Positions 24,601 to 36,268 of a stretch of 64,000 nt of DNA are shown one piece after another. A program made the translations under genes and the position numbers. Numbering within the stretch: position 1 is the first letter of the stretch; every line of letters begins with the position of its first letter. Source of the stretch: Pelomyxa schiedti. Taxonomy: Eukaryota > Protista > Evosea. The stretch covers positions 1-64,000 of the forward strand of contig JAHLWZ010000579.1 of NCBI GenBank assembly GCA_020536535.1, given 5' to 3'. The notes under the pieces are model-generated. The model worked only from the letters and a program-made list of their open reading frames with translations, had not been told where the DNA came from and searched no databases.

Positions 24601-26711
24601 GAAAGCTTATTGTCAAACCTTTCCCATTTGAGTTCGAATGCCTCAAGACTCAGAAATCTTCAATCCTAAAGGCAACTGCAGTTCTTCTTACACAGAAATA
24701 TAAGGCCAAAGATTGGCTTTTTGCCAACTTACCTGATAAATTTAATGCAAAACCATCATCTGCAATGGTCGAAATGCTACAACGCTTCTGTGATGAAGTA
24801 TTCCCCAACCAAACAAGGTTGATTCGAAATCCTTGACAAGCAAAAAGGTGAAACAAAGCAATGTAGAACAGAGAAGGCACATTCTCAACGTCATAGAGCT
24901 GATTTGTCACTTTCTCATACCAGAAAAATTATCCACACAAGGTAGGGCTATTGCTGCAGAATGGAATATTTCTACACTCTTTGGAGATTTTTCTTTGATA
25001 GTATTGCCTTTTGTGGACTTTCCTCTTGTAACAGTTTCGCAGACTTCTGCAAAGGTTAGCAAAGAAGATGTCCTGCAAATTACTGGCTCATTCCTTGTAA
25101 AACATTATTGTTATCTTATGCGGCAGCTTCACACACTCTCTGGGGACCTTTTCATCTCAATTTCAGATGTATCTCTTTCAATTTGGATATTCTTCTTAAA
25201 GCCCCTAGGAAGAGGAAGTATCTCAAAACAAAAGCGCAATAGAGGTTTTCCTTCCTTTCTACCTTCTTGGGTTCAACCCCTTCAGTACAAGGAACTTCCT
25301 TCGGATTCGGCCCAGAGTACTACTCCCCCAACCGACTTAGTGGCCAGTAATCCCCAAGCTACTAGACCAGGCTCGCTTCTCGACTCACTTTTCGAGCAGG
25401 ATTACGAAGGTTTGAACTTGCAGTGGAAGGCGTTCCCAACTTACATTTGCAGATCAAGCGGTCACCATTGATAATGGGCCGAAACGTGTAAATATAAACT
25501 CTCTTATTCGAGCGTCCGAGAAGGTTTCTGAACAACTTCTCGAGATTCAAGGTGTCTCTCGGGATAATGAGACCAAGATTGTTGATGACATGGAACAAAT
25601 CACATTGGCCTTACAAAAAATTGACCTGCATGCAAACAACCCCAAATTCAGTCAATTAGCAATTGAAGCTCATATTAAAGAAAAGCAGGCAAACGTACTC
25701 CATGAGCAGTTTAAAAAACACCGCGAAGCTTTTACTGGTCACATCAATGCCATTAATGTACAATTAGCCAATTGCCAAGCTTCAATTCAAGTCGACGCTT
25801 CCAAGGCTCTTGTTTTACTTAGGGGTGCTCAGAAGATCTTGCTGGATGCTTCCGAATTAGCAGAAAAAACAATGCTGGATGTTGAGAATCAGGTCAATGA
25901 CCTTGCCTTAGATATTTTGGGGGCATGCCCAGATCCTGAAGAACTAACCAGAGTCAATCCCCAACTGTGCACCAGCACTTCCCCTTCGCCAACGCCATTG
26001 TCCAGTAGCCAGAGCAGCCAGCCGACCTGTTTTACGCCACTCCAACAGCTTTCCGGGAATCCTCATGCACCCATACAACCCTCACACTCCTTCAACAACC
26101 AACCAACCACAAGCCGGGCACCACCACCTCAGTATATTGTACCACCTTTACATTACCCACAACAACCACCAACTACACTCATTCGTCAACAGGCACTACC
26201 ACCAGGGCACCCTCTCACGCTGCAGCCAGCACCACCACCCTCCGTATTGCCACAACAAAAGCAACCCCTTACCGGGCCACTCCCGCCGCCTGCTTTATCC
26301 CATCACATACCACCTCACTACCAGGCACAGCCACAGCCGCCAAGACAACCGGCTTACCCTCCCCCGCATCCATCACCAGTGCCACCCGTGGCAACTCGAC
26401 CAGCACTTCCACCCTCTGCATTTGTACCTCAACAACGCACCACTGTAAGTTATATGCCGCCACAGCCCTATGTATACATACCTCATCAACCCACTTCACC
26501 CAATGCAGCAGCGCTTCCAGCATATCCACCTCCTGGGCGTTATATCTTTCCGCCCAATCCACAACAACCAGCAGCAGTGTACCCCGTTTTGTGCAGCAAC
26601 CCACCACCCAATTCCCAACTCCATCCACCACCCACACAGCCGATCCCACCCCAAATGACTAGTAGTCTTCCACTCACCGGTTCCATTCTCGGAACACCAA
26701 AACGGTTTTGA
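9636..26711 (+). CDS. Giant RNF213/mysterin-like dynein-type AAA+ protein (~5000 aa, many introns) ending in a coiled coil and Pro/Gln-rich tail
   Basis: RNF213-like motifs GDARSGKTT, CGGTGTGKTELL, FIDECTSTNILGMIKEVICD, ASIRDIVR, KIPLIIVGPP|GCSKTL, YQCSEQST, MLDEVGL, SNRILDEAKTNR, FFHLRDF, LRRNFGG, KTAMETG and PTPLLNRFEK. The last intron (gtttga...ttgcag) joins FEQDYE to DQAVT and on into ORF 25590-26711. Assignment of the 5' exons (9636-14500) is less certain. Confidence 0.85.
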
Positions 26712-26827
26712 AAGAACAAGCATTTTAGCCTGTATTTTTTTTTCCCCCTTAGTTTCTATGTTCTTTGTGGAGTAGCCAGCAAGGCGACCCTATGCACTCT
26801 AAGTATATCTTTACAGTACAAAAGACT

Positions 26828-28796
26828 CTACAAGTAGTTGTCAGCAATTGTTATGTTACTAGATATTGAGGTTTCTATACCAAGGAAGGCTTTCACAGCT
26901 TCTATGTGGTCCCTGCTGTGGTGAACCTTGATGTAAGCTGGTGCCCAATCCCGTACTTCCTCTGGGGGGATTTTGAACTTTCTCATGAGGTATTGAGCTT
27001 TGAAAATTGCTTTTTGTGTATCTACAGGTACATTGGCCTCAGGGAACAGAGTCCAACCGGCAACATTAGCACCATTGTGCCAATGCTCTTCATTAATGTG
27101 CAGTACACTAGCAAATGTTTCAATGAAGTCCACATCGGCTGTGCCCAGAATTACATCCAGGTCACCGGCATCAAAACAACCCCATGAGTCCCGCCATTTT
27201 TCAATAAACCACGCAAAAATTGCTGCTCTCTCTGGATTGGGAAGTAGCGCTAGTGTGACCTCTTTCCTGTAACAATCTAATTAAAAGAGAATGGGTAGTT
27301 GTTAGTAACCAGGAATAGACTTTAGGGAGGTACTTGTTGCTAAGTTGAAGTGCTCATTTACCCAGACAACATCTTTGAGTGAACCTCTGGCTAAAAAAGA
27401 AAAGAGCTGTTCTTTTCGCACAGGCACTGGTTTCTTGTGCTTTAGTTCAGCCAGTTCAATGACTTCTCGTGAGCCTGTGCAGAAGATAGCTTGTAGACTT
27501 GTTGATGCCATCCCCTCGCAGTGATTGAGTAGCCACAGAACAGCATTGGTATTTCCATCCTCACATAATTTCTGAAAGCTACCACAGACTTGTGTTGAAG
27601 ATAGGTTGTACCTCAGCAATAGGATCTAACGAAGTTAAGAGATAAACTTGGAAATAGCAGTGACATGTACCTTGCATAGCTGAAAGTTTCCGCGCATATC
27701 AGATGAGGATAAGTGCTTCCCAAATGATTCATTGAACTGGTCACCAAGCACAAAGCGAGTAGCTTTCCCAAAAACAGAGTCATAGTTAGCTACATGCTCC
27801 AGTCGGAGCAGTGCCTTCTCCAATTCTGCTTCATTTGGCCACGACACAAGATTGGCCAACCAAGATTGTGGGTCTGGCCTTAATTCAATCGGAGGAAGTG
27901 GGAATGAACCCAACAGCCAGTCGATGACCTGGTTCTGACATGTTGAAAATGCGGCGGAAATGGGCGACTTCTCTTTGCTGTTGAAGAAAAGAAGATACTC
28001 TTCACAGGGTCTTTCTTTGCTGTGAATATTATTTGTAAACAATGAAAGGTTTCTTTACCTCGAAGATTTGTTTTTCCCATAGTTGTGGCAGTTCATCAGA
28101 ATCCATTTTGCAGCAACTAAATTTCCTCCTTGGCATGCGGTTATTAGCGATTTCCATCCAGGATCAATTTGCTGATTGTGCAACCGAGATGGCAGAGGGG
28201 CATTTCTTGGACTCACTCCCCGACATGTAATCACAGCAGGCTTGCAGACCTATAGTACTAGATCAAATGAACGGCCGTTCGTCATCAGACTGTACCGGCA
28301 TTAAAATATCCCCGTGTGCGCGGAACAAGGCAACGGACAGTCTCACAGCGTTCTTGTGAAGCAGAGTCGATATGAAGAGCTGTCTCAATCCCTCCTCGTA
28401 CTCTGGCATCGAAGTAGCTGGTGCCAGCCCGGAACCGGTCCCACAGTCGCCGGCCAGCACGGCGGCCTGCTGCGCGCGGGCCAGGGCGAGCACCGCGGGC
28501 TGCTCCACGGCGGCCCACAGGGGGCCGTGGCGGCACAGGGCCTCGCACAGCGCCACGGCGCATGCCCCCCACCACCCACAGGGGGCCGCGGCTGCGTCCA
28601 CCCTCGAGAGCACCAGCGGCAGCACCCTGCACAGCAGGGAGGACCAGGCTGCGGCTGCCGAAGGAGGGGCTGGCGCGGCAGGCGGCGACGCCGGCAGGGG
28701 GGAGTCGGACGAGGACGAGGACGAGCTGGAACAAGACGAGCACGACGAGCAGGAAGACGACGACGAGGAGGAGGAGGAGGAGGACCAGGACGCCAT
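26828..28796 (-). CDS. Hypothetical protein with degenerate ankyrin-like repeats and an N-terminal poly-Ser tract
   Basis: Repeating ACxxGNLxxAKWL-type units across several exons: TACQGGNLVAAKWIL, LCEDGNTNAVLWLL, ARGSLKDVVWV, TCQNQVIDWLL. Confidence 0.6.
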
Positions 28797-28989
28797 TTTT
28801 CGTCTTGGATTGGTGTCGGCGAAATTCGCGTGTCAACTGAAAGGCGAAACGGCAAGGTCACATTATTTTGTGGCTGCAACAACCTGTTGATGAAATTACG
28901 AGGCCTGGATTCTTCGATTATGCAAGGCAGAAAATAGATGGAGAAGTCCCTCGTGTGAAGGATGCTTTTAATAACTTTACCACTTTTTG

Positions 28990-30485
28990 TTTTTTTTTTT
29001 GGAATACAGGGGTGAGGGAACGGGGTTTGCCACATTAATTATTGCACCCTGGCTGAGGGTGATAGCTCGTATGCACACCAATATAAGGCACTTCAGGCGC
29101 GAGGTAGTAGTATTGCTGAGGGGCATATACAAACTTGAAAGGGTCTGTGGGTAACAAGTGAGATAATACAGTTCATCAACCAAAATAGTCACTTACCAGT
29201 GGCAATCCCATCTATGTCCTCAAGGAGTTCGCTGTATGAAAGTAGGATTAGAAGAGTAAGCAACACGTGGAGACGGGGATAAAAAATCAACCTTAGTGTC
29301 ATGTTCCAGGAGAGTTGCCAGAATGTGTAGAAGTCAATAATTTCTGCATGTGTGGTGGGATCATTATAATCTGCAAGTTGCGGCTGACCACTATCCTCAT
29401 TATTATAAGCAAACGAAACTCCTAAGGAGGAACCTGTAAACCACAGCATCAGTGGAGTCGAGTTCTTGTCCACAGTAGAAGGTAGCGCCCTCCGCTAGAA
29501 AAGTTTGTAAATTAGGCGAGGATATTGCTTTCTTTGCAAACCGTAGAGTTGGTCCAGCAACCAAAGTGCAAATGTTTGGCAAGTGTAAGAATCCAGGTAT
29601 ATTTCACTTGTCTTGCGGTCCATCACCAACCTAGCCAGAGTGAGCATAGAAAAGAGTAGTGAAGAGAAGAACCATAAATTGTAGTATGGTGCCTGATATG
29701 AGTATATGAGATCATTAATCTTATTGAATGCAGCCCCTCTTGTGAGTTGGTGAACATTTCTTTATTTCGACATTTGTAGTGCAAACCCAATTTTCCCAAT
29801 CAGCCAGATATTTGCAGAAGGCCACTGTGTATGGTTGAAGTACCACTGGTCGATATCATTTTCTGTACATAATGCTCCACTATCGCACCAAAGACTGCAC
29901 AAAATGGAATACATTAAGGAAAAGTTGAAGGATGAAAATCATCTCACAGGTCTTGTGATCCATCAGGCTCAGTCATCAAGTGAGGAATAGAAGTGTTGAA
30001 GAATCCATACTCTCCGACATACTCGATTCTTAATATTATATTATTTAGAAATGTATTTCAAAACATAAAGGACATACGTGTAATTACGGCCAAGCTTGTC
30101 GCTGTGTATCCCAATAGCGGCATGTTTCATCCCCAAAGCACCTAAAAGGTTTCCAAATATATACTCCATCAAAGGAGCCTCGAGCCAATAAATGCTGATG
30201 CTGTCATCTGTTGTGCACGGGTATTAATGAAGTGGGAAAGTAAGAATGGAAAGTAATAAAGCTGGAAGCTGAGCTTAAAGATGAAGCCCCATTCATTTCA
30301 TGTAACCAAAACACACCAGAATCAAAAAGTGGAATAGTTGCAGGTTCATCACCACAAGGAGGATCTGTCCATGAGCACCCTGGGATAGTGCCTTCGCATC
30401 CCACAATTTCAAAGGCAGTGGCGCTCAGCACCGCCGCCAAACACACCACAAATTCGTTCCACTTGGTTTGTCGTGCTCTTGCCAT
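28990..30485 (-). CDS. Hypothetical membrane protein with a signal peptide, Cys-containing ectodomain and about 3 TM segments; 3' end uncertain
   Basis: N-terminus MARARQTKWNEFVVCLAAVLSATAF; hydrophobic exons MVLLFTTLFYAHTLARL, LMLWFTGSSLGVSFA and LHVLLTLLILLSY; multiple GT-AG introns. Confidence 0.5.
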
Positions 30486-30734
30486 TGAGACCCAGGCAGA
30501 TTGTGATTATGGCTCCCACAGGGCAGTTTGTTGTTGTTTTGAATTTCGCATGGATTTTCTCGTTGTTGGTTTTTCCCTCAACGAAAGTTGCTGAATTTAT
30601 CGATTCGTCGCTTTCGTACATCAAAGAAGGGGACACGAGAAAAAGACAGGATAAAGACAAAGACGAGTCTTTGTGTGCTTTGATTTGGTTTTCGTTCGTG
30701 TACATGGATTGTCCTCTGTTAAGGGGGTAACCTG

Positions 30735-31860
30735 TTAGAAGAGTTTGTGCTCTTTCTTCAGCTGTGTTTGCTTCCAGCCGGGAAGTTTGGCAAACTGCGG
30801 TTTGTTCACCTTGAATATCTTCATGAATTCATCATCGGAAAGATACAACTAAACCAGAGAGTTAGAACACTCACGCCAGAGTTAATGGGAAAGGCATACC
30901 TCTAAATGTGAATTGTCAAGGCCCTTGGGCTTTGCATGCAACTCCTCCAGTGTGTGAACAGGGTACTGTGATGATGGGGTTGCTGCTGGGGCTGTGGCGG
31001 CCGGAGTTGGAGTGGAAGGAGTTGCAGGTTTTGCGGGTGTAGTTGCTGCTGGCTTTGTAGGAGTGGCAGCTGGGGTTGAAGTGGTAGTTGGCTTAGCGGG
31101 AGTTGTGGCAGCGGGCTTGGCTGGCTCGGGCTTAGCTGGCTCCGGCTTGGGTGGAATTGAGGCAGTGACAGCGGGCTTGGCTGGCTCCGATTTGGCTGGA
31201 GTTGCGGTAGTTGTAGCTGGTTTTGCAGGTTCGGTCTTGGCTGGGGTTTGGGTAGCTGGCTTTGTTGGAGTCGCCGCTGTAGCTGGTTTTGCGGGTTCAA
31301 CTTTGGCTGGGGTTGGAGTTGTGGTGGGTGTTGGTTTCGCAGGTGTTGTAGATACTGGTTTAACTGGTTCTGCCTTGGGGGTTGGGGTAGGTTCTACCTT
31401 GGCAGGTGCAGGTTCTGGCTTGGGGGCCGGCTTAGTTTCTGGCTTGGGGGCTGGCTTCGTTTCTGGCTTGGGAGCGGGTGTGGGTTCAACCTTTGGAGCA
31501 GGTGTTGGCTCTGTTTTTGGTGCAGAAGCAGGTGGCGCTATGTTTGATGAGTACGTTAAACAACTTTGAGATAGTAATATTATGAACTTAGTAAAAGAAT
31601 AAACAAGAGAAAAAAAAAAAAAAAAGCAACAAAAACTTGAAACATACCTTGCTTCAGAGACACAGCGGCGGCCCTGATTGCCTCTAGCTCGGCCCTGATA
31701 GAAATAACCTCCGCGACCAAGACGGCACGCGCTCGGATGTACTCCACCTCCTAATAACACCACCATCTTTGAGACCCACAAACAAAAGAAACGAAACACG
31801 ACCACACGAAAGAATCGGGTATTGTCGCACTTTACGAAGAGCCGCAACCTCAGCTTGCAT
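30735..31860 (-). CDS. Small coiled-coil + Pro/Ala/Lys/Thr-rich linker + villin headpiece (VHP) protein, 4 exons
   Basis: Spliced product MQAEVAALRK|EVEYIRARAVLVAEVISIRAELEAIRAAAVSLKQ|APPASAPK...(PAKP/PEPAK repeats)...YPVHTLEELHAKPKGLDNSHLE|LYLSDDEFMKIFKVNKPQFAKLPGWKQTQLKKEHKLF*, which ends in a canonical headpiece. Confidence 0.9.
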
Positions 31861-32137
31861 CTTAGATTATTTTTGTTTTTTTTTTAGTGTCGTTTCCACA
31901 GCTTGTCGGCGTTTTTTTTTTTTTTCATTTTTTACCGTTGGGAGTGTGAGCGTGCAAGCTTCCAAACGAAAGGATTCAAGGGTGTGGGTCAAGTATTTTG
32001 TGGCTATCGTTCCCTCAATCCCAAATTAGCAACAAATTTCTCTTTCCTTTTCAAGTCTGAACAAGGGTAAATGGCGCACCTCTACAGTACCACAAACTTA
32101 AGGGTGAGGTAATAGCTAGTTTTTTTAAGAGTGGGTT

Positions 32138-35100
32138 TTAGGGTGTTACGAATTTGGTGATAGGGATATGAAGCCGTGGTAACCAGTTGGAATTCTGCAG
32201 TAATGCAACTATACACGGTATAAACAGGCAACACTGGACAAAAGTGAATTCAAGCACGCCTTTGTTAAGTGAGAACAGTTGGAGATAATGAAGTTTGCTT
32301 ACCAGCAGTGAGGAAAAATCCCATCTGTAAGACCACGTCAATAAGGGAGAACAAAAGAGCACCAAAGGCAACAGCCATTATAATTCCAGCAAAAATGACG
32401 ATTGGACCAGACATTTGAAGCCCCAGTGCTACGGCTTGTTTGGGAGCATACCTTCATGGAGAGTAAGGAGTGTAGTTTTTTTGTTGTTAGGACATACCCA
32501 GCCAGTCGGAGTTCATTTATTCTAGAGAAGAGAAAGACGTCGTAATCTAAAGCAAGTCCCAGAAGTAGTACAAAAGCAATTATGGGAGAAAACCAATAAA
32601 TACCGTCGGGTAATGGCTAAGGTTTAAATGATAAGCAAATAACAACAGGGATTGAAAATACAAACTTCTATCAGTGGTGAGAAGTATCCTTTGATGAACA
32701 CCATAACAACGAGGCCAAAAACAAATCCCATAGATAGGAAGACTGTAAGAAGTGTTCTAAGAGGCACCACCAATGACTTGAAAGCCTTTTTTCCCGTGGG
32801 TTGGGTGTTAAAGTAAAACAAAAAAAATAAATGGGCAGTACCACTGCGAGTAAAAGTAGCACAAGAAAACCTGCAACTCCAGTGATAAAAGGAAACATTT
32901 CCAGCACTCGATCCACTGCATCGTTTTCATCACAATACTGTGACTTCTAGGGAGGTGTATGAGAGATCACCGTAAAGACATATTTTTACCAGGTAAAATT
33001 CAAAACCATCCTTGGAATACGCGTCAGTATAGACACGCATAGCAGTCACGAAGCCGCTAATATTTGAACTTGGATCAAAATTTGTAATTACTGTAACCAA
33101 GGTTGCATTTTCTGTGGTACTGACCATCTGTTGCCTTTTAAATTTCTTTTTCAGCTCATAGGATACACACAGCTCCACAAAGGTCTCTGTAAGGCGAGTC
33201 CACAAGTAGGAGAACCATCGCTTCGGGCCAAGATATAGTTCTGCCCATAATATTGCTAATGGAAGTAACACTATCAATGGTTATTCCTAATGAATATTTA
33301 GCATAAGACTCCGCAAGGTTGTTGGAACCTCCAACGTTTGCTGCTATATCCTGTGCAAAGGCGTCAAGGGTTTGATATGTAGCAGGTGTGTATATGCTTC
33401 TATTAGACACAACCAATACAGTATAAGGTGAAATTATTCCGGCTGGCCACCCCTCCTGTAGGTGTACAAGGCAATCCATAGAGGCTGACTCAGAGGGGAG
33501 GACTTGGGTATCATTGTAACTTGTCGTATAGAATCGGAAATAGTAGATCACGGGTACAAAGCAAATCACAACTGCTATTGCTATACACAAACTGGCTCTC
33601 CAGTCTTGCGTGAGAATGGCAGAGTACTTCTTCCAGAATTTTAAAGTATATTCTGAACATTTGCCAGTGGGTTGTATTTCTGCTGAAGAAGGAGAGGTCG
33701 ATCTGGCTACGCCATAATCCGATTCGCTAGGTTTATCTCCACTGTTGGTTTTTGCATTTAGTTTGCTTGGCTTGTAAGAACGACGACATCGCTTCAGACA
33801 AGGAAACGGACTGGAAAAGAACCCACTGAAAAGTAACAGCAAAGAGGGCGTCAAAGAGGTATTTATTAAAAGTGTGCACCCCTTTACATAAATGGCAGCA
33901 GATGATTAGAAAGAGCATCAACAAGGAATAAATTATACCAAAGTTATCGCAGTGCTTATTCCAAAGGATGATATAAAGGAAAGTGGGAAGAGGCATAAAC
34001 TCAAGAAACAGAACAGTAAAATTCCACCACTTGTCACAATAATCGAACCAGAATGCTATGTTGATATTCAGTGGTGAGTAATAAGGAATTCAATGAAAAA
34101 CCTTAAGCATAGCATACACAGCAGCTGAGTGTGGTTTCATTGCACGCAATTCCTCTTGGTATCTTGTGAGTAGAAAGAGGCAGTAGTCGATATTGAGAGC
34201 AACTGTTATTGACTGATAGGAAGTGAGATTGGCGTACTTCTCAGTGAACCTACCATCATGACAGGCGGGCAATAAGAAGCAACATCCAAAACAAGAGCAA
34301 TGGGGTACATCAGCCCAAATGATACAATGTTACAGATAATAACATTGAGAATTGGGATAATAATAAGAGTCGAACTCCGTAAAACTAGACCAATGATAAC
34401 CATTGCTAGTGGGAATGATATCTTTTTCCCCCCGCATTAGGGAGAGAAGAAAGAAAAAGAAAATACCAAGTCCATTTTCAGCAAATCTAATTCGACAGCT
34501 ATATTCATGTCCAAGAACAGAGGTTCTTGCCCAGTGACCTCACATAAGTAGCTATTGTTTGACAGATTCAGTGTATCCAAAACGTCCCTGACAAACTCCA
34601 CTATGCCAAAGCCGGCGGTGCTTATTGAGTAACTCAAGGATATAATTGTCATCTTTTGATCGGGTGTCACAAGTAAACCAGTGTAGTTACTTGTTGTATT
34701 AAGGGTGTAATGGCCAACTATTGAGTACATTCTGCTTGCATACTGCAGAGAGTGAGCAGGAACAAAGTGAAGAGGAAAGTTGGTCACGGACCTCTGATTC
34801 CATGAGACTAGTCACAATGTAGTCAGTGGCATTCTTCACCCAAGGAGATAAGACAGTTGTGGTATTGGGTGCATCTTCAGTCACAGATATCAGAACGAGC
34901 ATTGGAAGAGACCCTCCTGAGTCGGGAAAGTACTGCTTATACTGATCATTAGCCAGTTCTGCAGCAGATCCCCGGGGAGGTTTGAAATTGACTGTATTGT
35001 GTTGGATTTTTAGTTGGAAAGAAATGAAGCAAGAAACATACGATTTGTAGCGTTAACAAACTTCATTGGGAAGTAGATTGTAGCTCCAATAATGGCAATC

Positions 35101-35561
35101 CAGGTTAAAACTACTATCAAGGAGCCACATGGAAAGGTACTGCAGTCATGCCACCCATCGTCCAGCTTGTCCTCGTGCTCCAGTAAATAAGTTGTGGGTG
35201 TGAGGCCGTTTGTGCTGTTTGTGTCAGCCATGTACCCATCCTTTCCCCGTGACTTCAAGCACTTTGCCGGGCTGTTCAGCAGCCTGAACCAAAAGGTCCA
35301 CATCGTGCTCTTGTCAACATGATCAAGGTTTTTCTCCTCCTCGCTCTTTTTGTGCTTGGCGCCGCTTTTGCAACAACAGAGGCACTTGCTCTTCGTGTGG
35401 CGATGGCGGTGCTTTTTGTGGTGGTGATGGTGGCGTTGCATATCGCTTGGTTGTTCTTCGTCGGCGCGATCCGAAGAGGAAACACTGCTGCTGTCATCTT
35501 CGCTCACTACGGCAGCCGGTTCACCAGTAATAACACCGGCCTCTGTCTCCCTATCACCCAT
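32138..35561 (-). CDS. MMPL/RND-family (YdfJ/MmpL-like) membrane transporter, multi-exon
   Basis: Two homologous membrane halves with signature motifs ALNIDYCLFLLTRYQEEL and LGLALDYDVFLFSRINELR...SGPIVIFAGIIMAVAFGAL; periplasm-like loop with TQVLPSES. Confidence 0.85.
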
Positions 35562-36268
35562 ACGTAATTAATTAAGCTGTTTGTTTATTGGGCGGATTGA
35601 TCATGCCCTTGTTCCTTCACTTCACTGGCTTTCCACAGTAAACGCCAAGATCTTGGCTCTTTCGCCAAAAAGGGACTGTTACGTTCGTTTAATAACAGTG
35701 TGACTCACGCAGAGGACGTCACTCGTATTTATTTGTACCAGGCAGTAATCCCCGGTTCACTTGTTCGATTCCCAGTGCATTCTCAATCAACAGCAGTGAA
35801 CAAAAGGCACAATTCAGTGCCAACCTCTAAAAGACAAACAAGGCCCCAAAGAAGGAAGGTGATCCACAACCCAGGGACAAAAAAAAACGGGTTGGCTGGC
35901 GTGGTTGCGTGCTTCACAGATTTGAGTACTCCCAAGATGTTGTACCCTTGCGGGTACTTCAACTTGGAAGCAGGAGGGTTTGGTGAGGGCTACAACCCAC
36001 CTTGCATTGGGTCAGAGCTCTAGGATGAATTCTGAAGGAATGTCATCTCGATGAATCTCTCTGGAAGATACGCATTCTATTTAACTAAAACAAAAGGTGT
36101 TTCGAGGAAGTAAAGTCACTTTAGACACAATACCCAGCCAATAAAACAGCCCAACGGGCTCCCCGATTCTGGTGCAAAGGTTTCAGTACGTATAATTGTG
36201 GGAGGGTTTCCACCCTTTGTTTTTGAAAACAACAAGCCCCAACAGGTGTATTTTTACATTGGTTCCAA

